Positions 49,118 through 59,012 are shown, counted from the stretch's first letter. The stretch is DNA of 64,000 bases from an uncultured Actinomycetota bacterium (GCA_963844295.1 CAWJNR010000004.1:281306-345305), one strand, 5' to 3'. A program made the numbers and translations. Notes: a model not told the origin generated them from the letters alone.

Positions 49118-50111
49118 CTATCCCTCGGGGCGTGGCGTCGCGCCGGAGTAGGTGATGCCGCGTACGAAGCGCGCGAGCTCCTCTCGGTCCCAACGTCCGC
49201 TCGCCGGCGTACTGACGTCCAGACGGAGCTCGTCGTCCAGGCGCAGGACGAGGTAGTAGCGACCGTTGGTCTCGTCGAGCCAGCCGCCCTGCTGTCCGAC
49301 CCTGACAGGAGTCCCTGCTCCGTCAGTCGCTTCGCTGGCCTGACGTACGGCTACCTGGACAGACCTCGGGTCGTCCTGCGGGTTCGGTGTCCCGGCAGCG
49401 GGTCCGATCGTGAGGCCAGTCTCCTGGAAGGCTGCGAGCACGTAGTCCTGAGGTGCCACGTCCAGCGCGAAGCTCCGCCGCCTCGCGCAGCTCCTCGTCT
49501 TGGAGGCCGCGCGCGAACGCCAGTGTCTCCTCCTGGGTGACCGGCGCGAAGCTGTTCACATGGACCCACTGCTGCGGGGTGCGCTGCCAGGTGATCCCGG
49601 TCGACCCTTCGTAGCGGCGCAGGGCTGCCGTCCTGCCGTTGACGTCCACGAGATCGGCGGCGGTGCGCTCGTCTTCATCGGGCTTGCTCGCGGAGACCGA
49701 GACAGACAGTGCGCTCAAGGGCCCGTCCTGACCGCGATCGAGTCGCTCCCAGGTCGCAGTGGCCGTACCGCGCTCGGCGGACAGCCTCGGGTCTGCGTTC
49801 AGCCCCGGCGGCAGGTAGGCCGGACTGAGAGGGAAGCTGGGACGAAGGTCGGTCGGCAGGAGGAAGCCGGATCGGGAGGCGTTCTGCCAGGCCAGGACGG
49901 CCTCGCCGCGTCCGGTCGGACCCGCAGTGACGGCGATGGCGCCAGCGGAGGCGGCGAGGACGGCGACCGTCGCCAGCGCGCCGGCTGCTGTCCGCCTGCG
50001 GGCGCGGCGGCGGCTGCGGGCGTGCACCGCAGCGAGCAGTCCATCGGCTCCGGGCGCCTCGCCAGCGCGCTCCCTGAACAGGTGCGGAAGATCGTGCTCT
50101 GTGAGCTTCAT
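49118..50111 (-). pseudogene. membrane-anchored partner of the ECF sigma factor (anti-sigma-like), one apparent frameshift
   Basis: ATG 50111 overlaps the sigma stop (ATGA). Short cytoplasmic N-terminus, one TM (AAGALATVAVLAASAGAIAV), then an extracytoplasmic domain. The frame switches at about 49470 (..GLQDEELREAAE / FALDVAPQDYVLAAFQETG..). Confidence 0.6.
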
Positions 50112-50620
50112 CGGGCGGCTCCGTCGGTGCAGAAGGTGTCCAGATCGAGGGTGCGCAGTCGGGCCAGCGCCTTGGACGCGTGGGCGCGGACGGTGACAGG
50201 CGAGCAGTTCAGGTAGCCGGCGATCGCGTCGTCGTTCAGGTCCTCGTAGTAGCGCAGGACCAGGACCGCACGCTGCTGTCGGGGCAGTCGGGCCAGCAGT
50301 GCCCACATCGCGTCGCGATCGGCATGCGCTGCTGCATGACCGCCGACGCCGTGAGCTCCCGGCTCGGGGAACTCGTGCGTGATCACTTCTGTGCTGGCTC
50401 GTCGTCGTCGCCACGACAGGAAGTCGTTCAGGATCGCGCGTCGTACGTACGCTTCCGGCTGGTCGACCCGCGCCCAACGGCGGTGGGCCTTGCTCAGGGC
50501 TTCCTGCACCAGGTCCTGCGCCTGGTGCAGGTCCCGGCTCAGCAGGTAGGCGAACCTGAGCAGCGCCGGCCCTCGCGCGACGACGAAGGCGTCGAACGAG
50601 TCCACGCGGTCATCCTTCAT
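50108..50620 (-). CDS. ECF-type sigma-70 family RNA polymerase sigma factor
   Basis: Region 2 (DLVQEALSKAHRRWARVDQPEAYVRRAILN) and region 4 (LPRQQRAVLVLRYYEDLNDDAIAGYLNCSPVTVRAHASKALARLR). Confidence 0.85.
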   Translation of the reverse strand: MKDDRVDSFDAFVVARGPALLRFAYLLSRDLHQAQDLVQEALSKAHRRWARVDQPEAYVRRAILNDFLSWRRRRASTEVITHEFPEPGAHGVGGHAAAHADRDAMWALLARLPRQQRAVLVLRYYEDLNDDAIAGYLNCSPVTVRAHASKALARLRTLDLDTFCTDGAAR

Positions 50621-51018
50621 GCCCCCGTAGATGTTCTGAGGGACCTGAAGTGTGTAAGCCCTCGGACGTGACGGCTGGTGAGTGCAGCCGCTGGCCGGCC
50701 GGTCTTCTCGGAACTGCTCCGCTGGAGCCCGGCGCCTCGGGGCTGTGACGTGGGCAGCCTCAACCCTCATCGGCCAAGGCGTCTGCGGCCCGATGGCGGC
50801 ACAGTCGCCCGTCCGCGCACAGCCCCATCCCGTTCGCGTGCGGCCTCTTCGCCGACGGCAGTCGCGACAAGAGCCGCTTCGTGTCGACGCGGTCAGGGTT
50901 CCGCGGCACCGCGGTGACTCCGCCTGCTCACACGGGGGTGGTTCGGTTTTCTGCACGCCGTTGTGGCTGCGCGTGGGCCAGCGCACGACGCAGCCGTCAA
51001 AGGGACTTCGTCTGCCGG

Positions 51019-53424
51019 CTACTCGACGCGCAGCGCGTCCGGTTGCGCAGCACTGCGGACGAACGGAAGTGCGCTTGCGGTCGCGAGCAGACTGGCGATC
51101 ACCGCGCACGCCGCGATCAGCCCGTAGCCGGCCCAGGGCAGCGGTGGGACGGGCACTCCGTCGATCCGGCCCAGACGCAGGTACATCCAGGACGCTGCCG
51201 CCGAGACCGCGACGGCGACGGCGACCGTGACGAGCATGGGCGTCGCGGTCTGCAGCAGGACGCTGCGACGCAGGACACGGGTGGGGATGCCCATCGCGGT
51301 CAGGGCGGCGTGTGCGTTGCGCCGCTCACGCAGGCTGTCCGCCGTGGTGACGGTCAGGGACAGCCCGCCGACCAGGACCACCAGGGCCAGCCCGATCATG
51401 GCGAGGCGGGCGTACCCGGCGCTTGCTGAGCGCGCCTGCACGGTTGCCTCTTCCGCCGTCAGCGGGGGGAACGGGGTCCTGACCGGGCCGAGGGCCGCGC
51501 GGACGGCCTCGACGGAGGCGACGTCCCCGTCTGTGCCGACGAGGATGGCGTCGGGCCGTTCCGGTAGCCCCGGCAGCCGGGTGAACAGGACGTCGCCGTA
51601 CAGCTGGAACCCGTCGATGCCCTGCACGAGCCCGTCGGGGAGCTGCAGCACGGGCAGGTCCGGGGGCACGGCGATCTGCAGGCCGGAGCTGCGCAGTCCG
51701 TTGCGGTCCAGCACCTCGTAGGTGGCCGGCAGCGCTCGGGTCTCGTCCTGGAAGGAGTTGACCAGCCGGTAGACGGTGCTGCTGCCGCAGCCGGCCAGCG
51801 GCGTGCGCAGCAGCTGCGACAGCTGCGCGCAGTCGACCACCACAGCCCCGATCGGCAGCTGGGTCTGGTCGATGACCCGGTCGGGTGGGTAGTCGGCGGG
51901 GGCTGTGGCTCCCTCGCGCAGCAGCTGCACCTGCCGGACGACGAGCGGCTCCTGGGCGCCGTTGACGGCTCGCACCTGGTCGAGCACCGTGCTCGCGTCA
52001 GTCGTGCTGCTGAAGCCGGCGACGACCGTGGCTGGTCGCAGTGCTGAGGCCAGCACTCCCTGCCCGCTGGGCGTTGTGGTGGCGAGCAGCGGCAGGAAGG
52101 CCAGCAGCCACCCGCCGACCACCACGACCAGCGCCATGCCGGTGACGGTCCGCGAGGCCGCTGCCGGGTCCATGACCAGGCGCCGTCCGGCCAGCTGGCT
52201 CGCCGGTCCCGGCCCGATGCGGGCCAGCACCGTGCCGGCGCCCCGGGCCAGGGCCGGGCCTGCGACGGCCAGGCCGACCAGGCACAGCAGCGCGCCGCCG
52301 ACCAGCAGCGTCGTCCCGTACCACCGGCCGGAGATGACGGCGCCGGAGTTCGCCAGCGCGGCGGTGAGCATCAGCAGCCCGACCGTCAACGGCAGCAAGC
52401 GGCGCAGGGACGGCGTGGGGGGCGTCGCCTGCCGCCGGACATCCAGCGGGTTGCGGGCTGCGCGGCGCAGCGCGACCAGCCCGGCGCCGGTGGCCAGCGC
52501 CGGCACTCCGGCGGCGATGAGGACCACGGCCCAGACGGGCGGGGCGATGTCGGTGGCGAACAGACCGCCCGGAACGGGGACGAGCGCGGCGACCGGAGCG
52601 CGCAGGAGCCAGAACAGCAGGCCGCCCGCCGCGGTGCCGAGCACGCCGACGACAGCACCTTCCACAGCCCCCAGGCCGGTGACCTGCCCGGACGTCGCGC
52701 CGACCAGCCGCAGCGCGGCCGCGCGCCGGTCCCGGCTCGCCGCCGACAGGCGGGTTGCGGTGGCGACCAGGACCAGCAGCGGGACGATCAGCCCGACGGC
52801 CGCGATCAGGAGCGCCGCCCGGAGCTCGTCCGGGATGCCCTGGGTGACGGCGGTGACGCCGTCGGACTGGCCTGTGCTGTACATCAGGTCACTGCCGCGG
52901 CCGCCCGGGAAGCCGGCCGCCAGGTCGCCTTCGAGCTCGCCCGGGGCGGCCCCGGCGATCGCGAACAGCTCGTCGGGTCCGACGAGACCGGCATCGGCGA
53001 TGGTGCCTGTCACCGTGCCGTGCAGGCGCGGCGCGAGCTCGGCTCGATGCGGCCCGGCCAGGGCGGCAGCCAGGGCCGGTGAGACCAGCACCTCACCCGG
53101 GCCGGGGAGGCGGTCGACGCCCTGGGGTGGTGTCACCGGCGGGCCGACCACCTCGACGTCGAGCACCCTCAGCGTCTGGCCACGCCAGAAGCCGATGCTG
53201 GGTTCGGCGCGGACACCCTCGGTCAGGGTCTGCTGCCGCTCGGAGTAGGTGACGTACCGGCTGTGCGCGGTCTCCAACCGGTCGATCGCAGCAGGGCCGG
53301 CGCCGGCGATGCCGAGCAGGAGCGCGACCCCGGCGGCGACGCCGCCGGCCATCAGCAGCAGACGGACCCGTGCGCTGCGGTCCCCGCCCAGGGCCAGCCG
53401 CAGGCCCATGGGCAGCTCGGTCAT
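51019..53424 (-). CDS. FtsX-like ABC transporter permease (two FtsX domains, MacB-type)
   Basis: 801-aa intact ORF. N- and C-terminal 4-TM FtsX modules flank large extracytoplasmic domains. The start overlaps the ATPase stop (ATGA). Confidence 0.85.
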   Translation of the reverse strand: MTELPMGLRLALGGDRSARVRLLLMAGGVAAGVALLLGIAGAGPAAIDRLETAHSRYVTYSERQQTLTEGVRAEPSIGFWRGQTLRVLDVEVVGPPVTPPQGVDRLPGPGEVLVSPALAAALAGPHRAELAPRLHGTVTGTIADAGLVGPDELFAIAGAAPGELEGDLAAGFPGGRGSDLMYSTGQSDGVTAVTQGIPDELRAALLIAAVGLIVPLLVLVATATRLSAASRDRRAAALRLVGATSGQVTGLGAVEGAVVGVLGTAAGGLLFWLLRAPVAALVPVPGGLFATDIAPPVWAVVLIAAGVPALATGAGLVALRRAARNPLDVRRQATPPTPSLRRLLPLTVGLLMLTAALANSGAVISGRWYGTTLLVGGALLCLVGLAVAGPALARGAGTVLARIGPGPASQLAGRRLVMDPAAASRTVTGMALVVVVGGWLLAFLPLLATTTPSGQGVLASALRPATVVAGFSSTTDASTVLDQVRAVNGAQEPLVVRQVQLLREGATAPADYPPDRVIDQTQLPIGAVVVDCAQLSQLLRTPLAGCGSSTVYRLVNSFQDETRALPATYEVLDRNGLRSSGLQIAVPPDLPVLQLPDGLVQGIDGFQLYGDVLFTRLPGLPERPDAILVGTDGDVASVEAVRAALGPVRTPFPPLTAEEATVQARSASAGYARLAMIGLALVVLVGGLSLTVTTADSLRERRNAHAALTAMGIPTRVLRRSVLLQTATPMLVTVAVAVAVSAAASWMYLRLGRIDGVPVPPLPWAGYGLIAACAVIASLLATASALPFVRSAAQPDALRVE

Positions 53425-54101
53425 GCCAGGACCGAGTCGGCGGTCAGGCGGCCGTCGCGCAGGACGACCTCGCGGTCGGCGTAGGCGGCGACCCGCGCCT
53501 CGTGCGTCACGACCACGACGGACGTGCCCTGCTCGCGGGCGGCGCCGACCAGCTCCTCCATCACCAGGTCACCGTTGAGGCTGTCCAGCGCACCGGTCGG
53601 CTCGTCGGCGAACACCACCCGCGGTGCGTTGACCAGCGCCCTGGCCACCGCCACCCGCTGCCCCTGGCCACCGGACATCTGACCCGGGCGCTTGTCGGCG
53701 ACCGCGGCGACGTCCAGCCGATCCAGCCAGGCCCGTGCCCGCTCTCCGGCCTGCCTGCGCCTGACGCCGGCTAGACGCAGCGGCAGGGCGACGTTCTCCA
53801 CCGCAGTCAGCTCCGGTACCAGCGAGCCGAACTGGAAGACGAAGCCGAACGAGCTCGCGCGCAGCCGGCTGCGCGCCTCGTCGTCCTGGTCGTCGATGCG
53901 CGTGCCGCAGAACTGCACCTGACCGGCGTCGGGCCGCAGGATCCCTGCCAGGCAGTGCAGCAGCGTCGACTTGCCCGACCCCGATGGTCCGAGCAGCGCA
54001 AGGATCTCACCGGGCTGGACGGCCACCGATGCTCCGGCCAGGGCCGTCGTCTGGCCGAAGCTCAGGTGCAGGTCGGTGGCGGACAGCAGGGGATCGGTCA
54101 T
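53421..54101 (-). CDS. ABC transporter ATP-binding protein
   Basis: Walker A GPSGSGKST, signature MSGGQGQR, Walker B VVFADEPTGALD, and H-loop VVTHE. Confidence 0.9.
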   Translation of the reverse strand: MTDPLLSATDLHLSFGQTTALAGASVAVQPGEILALLGPSGSGKSTLLHCLAGILRPDAGQVQFCGTRIDDQDDEARSRLRASSFGFVFQFGSLVPELTAVENVALPLRLAGVRRRQAGERARAWLDRLDVAAVADKRPGQMSGGQGQRVAVARALVNAPRVVFADEPTGALDSLNGDLVMEELVGAAREQGTSVVVVTHEARVAAYADREVVLRDGRLTADSVLA

Positions 54102-54622
54102 GTCAGCTCCTGAGCCAGGCGATGGAGGCGGGCAGCGGTGTGCTCGAGCCATCGCAGGTCGGCTTCGAGGTGGAACAGCGAGAAGTCGCAGGCCAGCGTC
54201 GTGCTGAGCGCGGCACCTCGCTTGCGCCCGGTGAGGTCGCGCATCACCGTCAGGTGCGCCGTCCGCTGCGCGTCCAGGATCTGGTCGGCGTTCCGGCCGG
54301 ACAGCAGCGCGAGAACGACCTTGGTGTAGACGGTCGACTGCAGGTACGGACTGGCGTCCTCCGGCTCGGAGAGCCAACGCTCGAGATGGGTGACCCCGTC
54401 CGGCGTCAGGGCGTAGGTGGTGCGGTCAGGCCCCTCGCCCCGCTCGACGCCGACGATGCTGACCTCGCCGTCCCGCAGGAGCCGGGACAGGGTGCTGTAG
54501 ACCTGCCCCGGCTTGACCGGCCGCTGCTGACCGAAGCGCGCGTCGTACTCGCGCTTGAGGTCATAGCCGTGCCGGGGCGCAGACTCGAGCAGGCCGAGGA
54601 GGGTCTGGGGGAACGACACCAC
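54098..54622 (-). CDS. PadR family transcriptional regulator
   Basis: LLGLLESAPRHGYDLKREYDARFG...GQVYSTLSRLLRDGEV winged HTH. Its stop overlaps the ABC ATPase start. The start is uncertain (GTG at 54622 or 54619, or 54634). Confidence 0.8.
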   Translation of the reverse strand: MVSFPQTLLGLLESAPRHGYDLKREYDARFGQQRPVKPGQVYSTLSRLLRDGEVSIVGVERGEGPDRTTYALTPDGVTHLERWLSEPEDASPYLQSTVYTKVVLALLSGRNADQILDAQRTAHLTVMRDLTGRKRGAALSTTLACDFSLFHLEADLRWLEHTAARLHRLAQELT

Positions 54623-54625
54623 GCG

Positions 54626-54646
54626 ACTAGACACTGAGTGACTAGT
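54626..54646. promoter_or_regulatory. 21-bp near-perfect palindrome (candidate PadR operator)
   Basis: ACTAGACACT-G-AGTGACTAGT has 9 of 10 arm positions complementary. It sits immediately upstream of the padR start in a locally GC-poor spot. Confidence 0.5.
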
Positions 54647-54722
54647 AGAAGTCAAGCGCGTGCGCACAGCCGCCGCCGGACGACGGCTTGACCCCGGGGG
54701 TGCCGGGAGTCATCGTCGGACG

Positions 54723-55031
54723 ATGCCGCAGCCCGTCCTCTTCCCGACCGGTGGTTGGATCTTCGACGCGCGAGGGGCGGGACGTGGCGTGCGGGTCAGC
54801 GCGCACACCGAGGCCGGCTTCCTGGTGCTGAGCACGTGGAAAGCGGACGTGTGCGTCGGGACGGTCAGGTTGCTGCCGGACGAGGCGGCGCAGCTGGTCA
54901 GCACGATCGCGGACGGGCTCGCCCGGCTGGCCACCGCCGACGTGGATACGGCCGGTGCCGAGCGGGACCGGCGCCTGGCGGCGCTGGAGTCCAGGCTGGA
55001 CGACCTCAGCCAGGCTGCGCGCAAGGAGTAG
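54723..55031 (+). CDS. hypothetical protein
   Basis: ATG at 54723 (MPQPVLFPTGGWIFDARG...AGFLVLSTWKADVCVGTVRLLPDEAAQLV). High GC3 with a coiled C-terminus. Confidence 0.5.
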   Translation: MPQPVLFPTGGWIFDARGAGRGVRVSAHTEAGFLVLSTWKADVCVGTVRLLPDEAAQLVSTIADGLARLATADVDTAGAERDRRLAALESRLDDLSQAARKE

Positions 55032-55266
55032 ACCGAGCCGTCAGCTCACCGGCAGCCGCTGACGACTCAGCGCCGTCACTCTCCTGGAGTGCTTGTCGGA
55101 CAGCGAGCATGGCCGGGACGCCCTGTCGCTCCAGCTCGTCCGACCGGTCCGCGCAGATCCGCCACGCGACAGGATCGCGGCGGCACAGGGCGGCTGAGCG
55201 TGCGGTGAGCGCTGCCCAGGACGCACGCGGCCGGTCGTCCTGATCGGCGGGCGCCGTGGTGGTCAC
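55006..55266 (-). CDS. hypothetical protein
   Basis: 86-aa ORF with a GTG start and moderately high GC3. No motif recognised. Overlaps the convergent neighbour by 26 nt. Confidence 0.35.
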   Translation of the reverse strand: MTTTAPADQDDRPRASWAALTARSAALCRRDPVAWRICADRSDELERQGVPAMLAVRQALQESDGAESSAAAGELTARSTPCAQPG

Positions 55267-55379
55267 GACCTCCTAGACGAACGGGACGACCGCCAGGTTG
55301 CCTCCGGCAGCGGATCGGTGACGATCGACAACCTCCGGGTCGCGGGTGACGTAGTGACAGGCATGACGATGGACGGCCC

Positions 55380-55908
55380 ATGAAGCTCAGCGCGGCGCAG
55401 CAGCGCGACTTCGACGACTTACGTACGAGGCCGCAGCAACGCCTTGTTGCGCACCGCCCACCTGCTCACCGGAGACCGCTCGGACGCCGAGGACCTGCTC
55501 CAGCTCGCGCTGGAGCGCCTCGCCCGTCACTGGCGGAGACTGGACGACCAGCCCGACGCCTACGTGCGGCGGACCCTGGTCAACCTGGCTACCGACCGCT
55601 GGCGGCTCCGCAACCGGCGCCCCCAGCAGGACCGCAGCGAACTGCTCGACGACCACCCGACCGCCGCCGACGCGCAACGGCAGGTCGAGCAGCGCTTGGA
55701 CCTCGTCCGGGCCTTGCGGACCCTCACGCCCCGCCAGCGCGCCGTGCTGGTGCTGCGCTACTTCGACGACCTGTCCGAGGCCGACACGGCCTCAGCCCTG
55801 GGTTGCTCGATCGGGACGGTGAAGAGCACCGCATCCAGAGCCCTGTCCCAGCTCCGCGAGCAGAGCGCGGACGACCACACCCTCCGCCGCCCACAGCAGG
55901 AGCAGCAG
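55380..55908 (+). pseudogene. ECF-type sigma-70 family sigma factor; N-terminal frameshift and no in-frame stop before the next ORF
   Basis: MKLSAAQQRDFDD in frame 3 continues as YVRGRSNALLRTAHLLTGDRSDAEDLLQLALERL in frame 1, with the shift at about 55420. Region 4 is LTPRQRAVLVLRYFDDLSEADTASALGCSIGTVKSTASRALSQLRE. Confidence 0.75.
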
Positions 55909-56577
55909 ATGATCGACACCGACGATCTGACCACCCGCCTGCAGCAGCAGATGCGCACCGCCACCGCCGACGACGTCGCCCCGGCCGACCTGCTCCACCG
56001 CGTGCACCGCAGCAACACCCGCCGGCGGCACCGCACCTACGGCGTGGTCGCCACCGTGGTTGCCCTGTCCGGGGCCGCCGCGCTGGCCTTGCCAGGGGCC
56101 GGGGTGGACGCACCAGGGCCGGCCCGCCTGGCTGCACCTTCCACGCCCTCTGCCGCCGGGCAGCTGTCGCTGCTGCGGGCCGACTCCGGGCAGACCTCGC
56201 TGCAGGTGCAAGTCAACGGCCCGCTACGCACCGAGCTGATCGAACTACCCGGCTACCTGCGCAACAGCGGAACGAACCCGCTGCTCCTTCTAGACCTCAG
56301 CGTCCCCGGCACCTCACTGCGCGGCGACTTCCCTGTTGAGACCCTCGCCCCGGGCGGAGAACGGCCCCTCACGCTCGTCCGGACCGTGGACTGCGCCGAC
56401 GAACCGGACTTGCCGGCCACGCTCGATGTGCGAGTGCGCATCCGCACCGCCGACCACGAGACCTCAGTCCTGCTGCCCCTGCCGGAGGAAGTCGTCAGCA
56501 ACTACCGCAACACCCACGCCTGCACCCCGCAACGGCGCGCCCTTGACGACGCCGAAGCACGAACCCAGGAGAGCTGA
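55909..56577 (+). CDS. membrane-anchored sigma-partner protein (anti-sigma-like)
   Basis: MIDTDDLTTRLQQQM..., TM YGVVATVVALSGAAALALPGA, then an extracytoplasmic domain with LRNSGTNP...TLVRTVDC...RVRIRTADHET...HAC. As sequenced it is in frame with the sigma ORF. Confidence 0.6.
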   Translation: MIDTDDLTTRLQQQMRTATADDVAPADLLHRVHRSNTRRRHRTYGVVATVVALSGAAALALPGAGVDAPGPARLAAPSTPSAAGQLSLLRADSGQTSLQVQVNGPLRTELIELPGYLRNSGTNPLLLLDLSVPGTSLRGDFPVETLAPGGERPLTLVRTVDCADEPDLPATLDVRVRIRTADHETSVLLPLPEEVVSNYRNTHACTPQRRALDDAEARTQES

Positions 56578-56620
56578 ACGAAACGCGAGCGCGTGCAACA
56601 GCCGCGATCGGCGTTCGCGC

Positions 56621-56877
56621 ATGGACGATCCGCAGGACTACGACTTCGTCGGCAGGACGCCAGACCAACGACCACCGGACCTGTCGAGGGACCAGGTACG
56701 AGACCTCTCCTCGACATCGACGCGCTCGCCGTCGTCAGAGCCGAGCAACTCAGGGAGCTCGGCATGGACGTCGACAAGGTCGCCTTCCTCCACTCACCGG
56801 ACGGGCTTCGCGGTAGCGCCCGCTTCCTGCGCAAGCTGTATCCGCCGCAGCACCCCGATGCCCTCGACAACCCGTAG
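56621..56877 (+). pseudogene. hypothetical protein with a possible frameshift
   Basis: MDDPQDYDFVGRTPDQRPPDLSRDQV in one frame joins LLDIDALAVVRAEQLRELGMDVDKVAFLHSPDGLRGSARFLRKLYPPQHP in another at about 56700. Both parts look coding. Confidence 0.35.
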
Positions 56878-57323
56878 CTGGCCCTAGCGGCGTGTGGCCC
56901 GGCGGGCGGGCTGCTACCGCACTTGCCAAGGCAGCTCCGAGCACCCCCGCAGCACAGGAGCGCACTGCGGGACGGAGCAGGCAGACCGATCAGCACGAGA
57001 CGAGCGTGAACGGGCTCTCCAGACCGCCCATCACGACACCCTCGGCTCTACGGATCAAGAGGTTGCAGGTTCGAGCAGTGCGGAGCGCGCGCAGAAGCGC
57101 AGGTCAGACGGGGTGCAGTCGCTGGTGCGGCGAACGCGCAACGGAGTTGCTAGCGCAGCCTCAAGCAGGGTCCCGCGAGGGATGTTGATCGTGCTGTTCC
57201 TCGGTCTCGGTCAGTGCCGCGCCGGCGGTACGCGCACCGGTCAAGGAGCCATGATCCGTCGTTGTACGTCAGACGGGCGTTGTGGCAGCCTCACCGACCG
57301 TGACGGCACCTACTGACGTGCGT

Positions 57324-57770
57324 ATGGCTGTGCTGCGCGACTACCCGCTGCGGCTGTGGGAGGAGCAGCAGGAGTACAGCGACTCCCTGCTGAGGGAGTT
57401 CAGGCTGCTGCTCATCGGTGCGGACCTCGACGGGATGCACCACGAGGCACCCCGGGCGCTGGTCGACTTCGCGGCGACGTTCACCGTCATGTTCGAGACG
57501 CAGCTCGAGGCCGTCAACGAACCCCGGCGGCGTGCGGCCGAGGCTGGGCTGGACCGGATCGACTCGCCGGTGCCGCTGATCGACGGCATCGAGGGGATCC
57601 TCGAGCAGGTCGACCAGCTGCTGCACGCGGCAGACGACTTCTGCATGCAGGGCGGGTTGCTGATTCTGCCGCGGCCAGAGGAGCTGCGGCGGCTGTTCGA
57701 CTGGACCCGGTACGAGCTGGTGATGCAGCTGCACGGTGGACAGGCGACGCCCTGGCCAGGGCCGTTCTAG
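57324..57770 (+). CDS. hypothetical protein
   Basis: ATG at 57324 (MAVLRDYPLRLWEEQQEYSDSLLREFRLLLIG...). 148 aa with high GC3 and helical character. No family recognised. Confidence 0.6.
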   Translation: MAVLRDYPLRLWEEQQEYSDSLLREFRLLLIGADLDGMHHEAPRALVDFAATFTVMFETQLEAVNEPRRRAAEAGLDRIDSPVPLIDGIEGILEQVDQLLHAADDFCMQGGLLILPRPEELRRLFDWTRYELVMQLHGGQATPWPGPF

Positions 57771-58019
57771 CGCAGGAGCTGCAGCAGCCTGTGGCGTTCA
57801 GGCGCCTGCTGGACCACGAGCGCTCGCAGCGTCATCGACTTCTCGCGCCGCTGCTCAACCCGGATGCGCTGATCCTCGACACGTGCTCGAGCGCGGCAAG
57901 GTGGCCGTCGAGGTCTTCGGGGTCCGCGCCTACCGCGTCCATTGCACCGGGGTGTCCTGTCACGGCTCGTTCACGCATCCGACGTGGACCTGTCTGACGC
58001 CTCCGTGCATGATCGGTCG

Positions 58020-58304
58020 ATGGGTCCCCTTGATCCGGAACCGCTAGCGGCGTCCGCCCGCGCCTACGCGGAGGCGCTGCAGCAGGCCGCTGACAGTTCC
58101 GGTCACGGCGGTGCCGTGACGCTGGAGGCCGTCGAGGATGTTCTGCAGGCGCGGCTGGGCCTGTACCGCTGCTTGATCGCGATCGGCTGGGTGCCGCCGC
58201 CGCGGGTCGCGACGGCGATCAGGCTCGACGACCAGCTGCTGCACGAACCGAGCCATGAGGGCCGTGTCGAACGTGATGGCTGGCCGGCCGCCGACGGTCC
58301 GTGA
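58020..58304 (+). CDS. hypothetical protein
   Basis: ATG at 58020 (MGPLDPEPLAASARAYAEALQQAADSSG...). 94 aa with high GC3. Confidence 0.45.
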   Translation: MGPLDPEPLAASARAYAEALQQAADSSGHGGAVTLEAVEDVLQARLGLYRCLIAIGWVPPPRVATAIRLDDQLLHEPSHEGRVERDGWPAADGP

Positions 58305-58573
58305 CCAGGCGAACCCGCGGGCGACCAGCCGGCGCTGCTACGGGCTGGCGCCGGAGGCCATCCTGATGCGGGTGCGGGTGTGCGATGCGACCCGCCGCGG
58401 TGAGGGGATGGGGGGTAAGCGGCGGGTGTAGGTGCGGCCGCCGACGAGCTCTGCGGCGCGGAAGAACCACCGTGGTGGCCACCGTGCGGGATCCCTAAGG
58501 AACCCGGCGGGGTCCTCACGTCGGCGCACCCGCTGTACCTCGAGGATGGTTGCCGACGGATTCACGCGGACTA

Positions 58574-59012
58574 CTAGCTTGCGAACTCCCAGTGCCACGG
58601 CTCCGGTCGAGCGCCCGCCGCGCTGCGCCCACCGTCGAGCAGATGGCCCTCGGGGCCGTCGTCGGGGTCCACCGTGTCCCACATGTGCTTCACGATGACG
58701 TCGACGATCCGTTGCCGGCGGGCCGCGGGCCAGCCAGCCCCCGCGCAGAACACCCAAGCCACCTCACCGCCCGCCGCCTCGAAGGAGACCTCGTGGGCGT
58801 AGAACGGCGCGGTCAGGCCGAGGTCGTGCAGCATGGCCGCGACGTAGAGCAGCTCAGTGTCAAGGCTCAGGCCGTTCAACCTCGCGTAAGCGGCCCCCAG
58901 AAGAACGACCGCACGCTGTGGCCGTAGAGCGCGGCAGAGGCGTTCCGGCCGGCGACCTCATGGGCCAGGTGGGCGGCGGCGTTGCCGGTACGGCGATGTC
59001 GGCGAGGCGCAC
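58574..59012 (-). pseudogene. HD-domain protein, frame-disrupted
   Basis: LDTELLYVAAMLHDLGLT (H-D motif) lies in the 101-aa ORF. The N-terminal part VRLADIAVP / GNAAAHLAHEVAGRNASAALYGHSVRSFFWG is in other frames, with shifts near 58985 and 58896. The 3-prime end is also uncertain. Confidence 0.55.

Noticed and set aside
57040-57100. tRNA-like stretch CTCGGCTCTACGGATCAAGAGGTTGCAGGTTCGAGCAGTGCGGAGCGCGC. It has a GGTTCGAG T-loop-like box and resembles a tRNA-Arg(ACG) anticodon/T-arm.
   Set aside because: I could not fold a cloverleaf. The T-stem (GCAGG/AGTGC) and anticodon stem do not pair, and there is no D-arm or acceptor partner upstream. At best it is a decayed tRNA 3-prime remnant of an old att site. 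A tRNAscan-SE or Infernal run would settle it.
57771-58019. Short minus-strand ORFs (about 35-57 codons, e.g. MDAVGADPEDLDGHLAALEHV...) in the gap between the two hypothetical genes; possibly a small antitoxin-like gene.
   Set aside because: It needs a frameshift to give a sensible length, has no RBS, and shows no recognisable fold signature. Evidence is insufficient.
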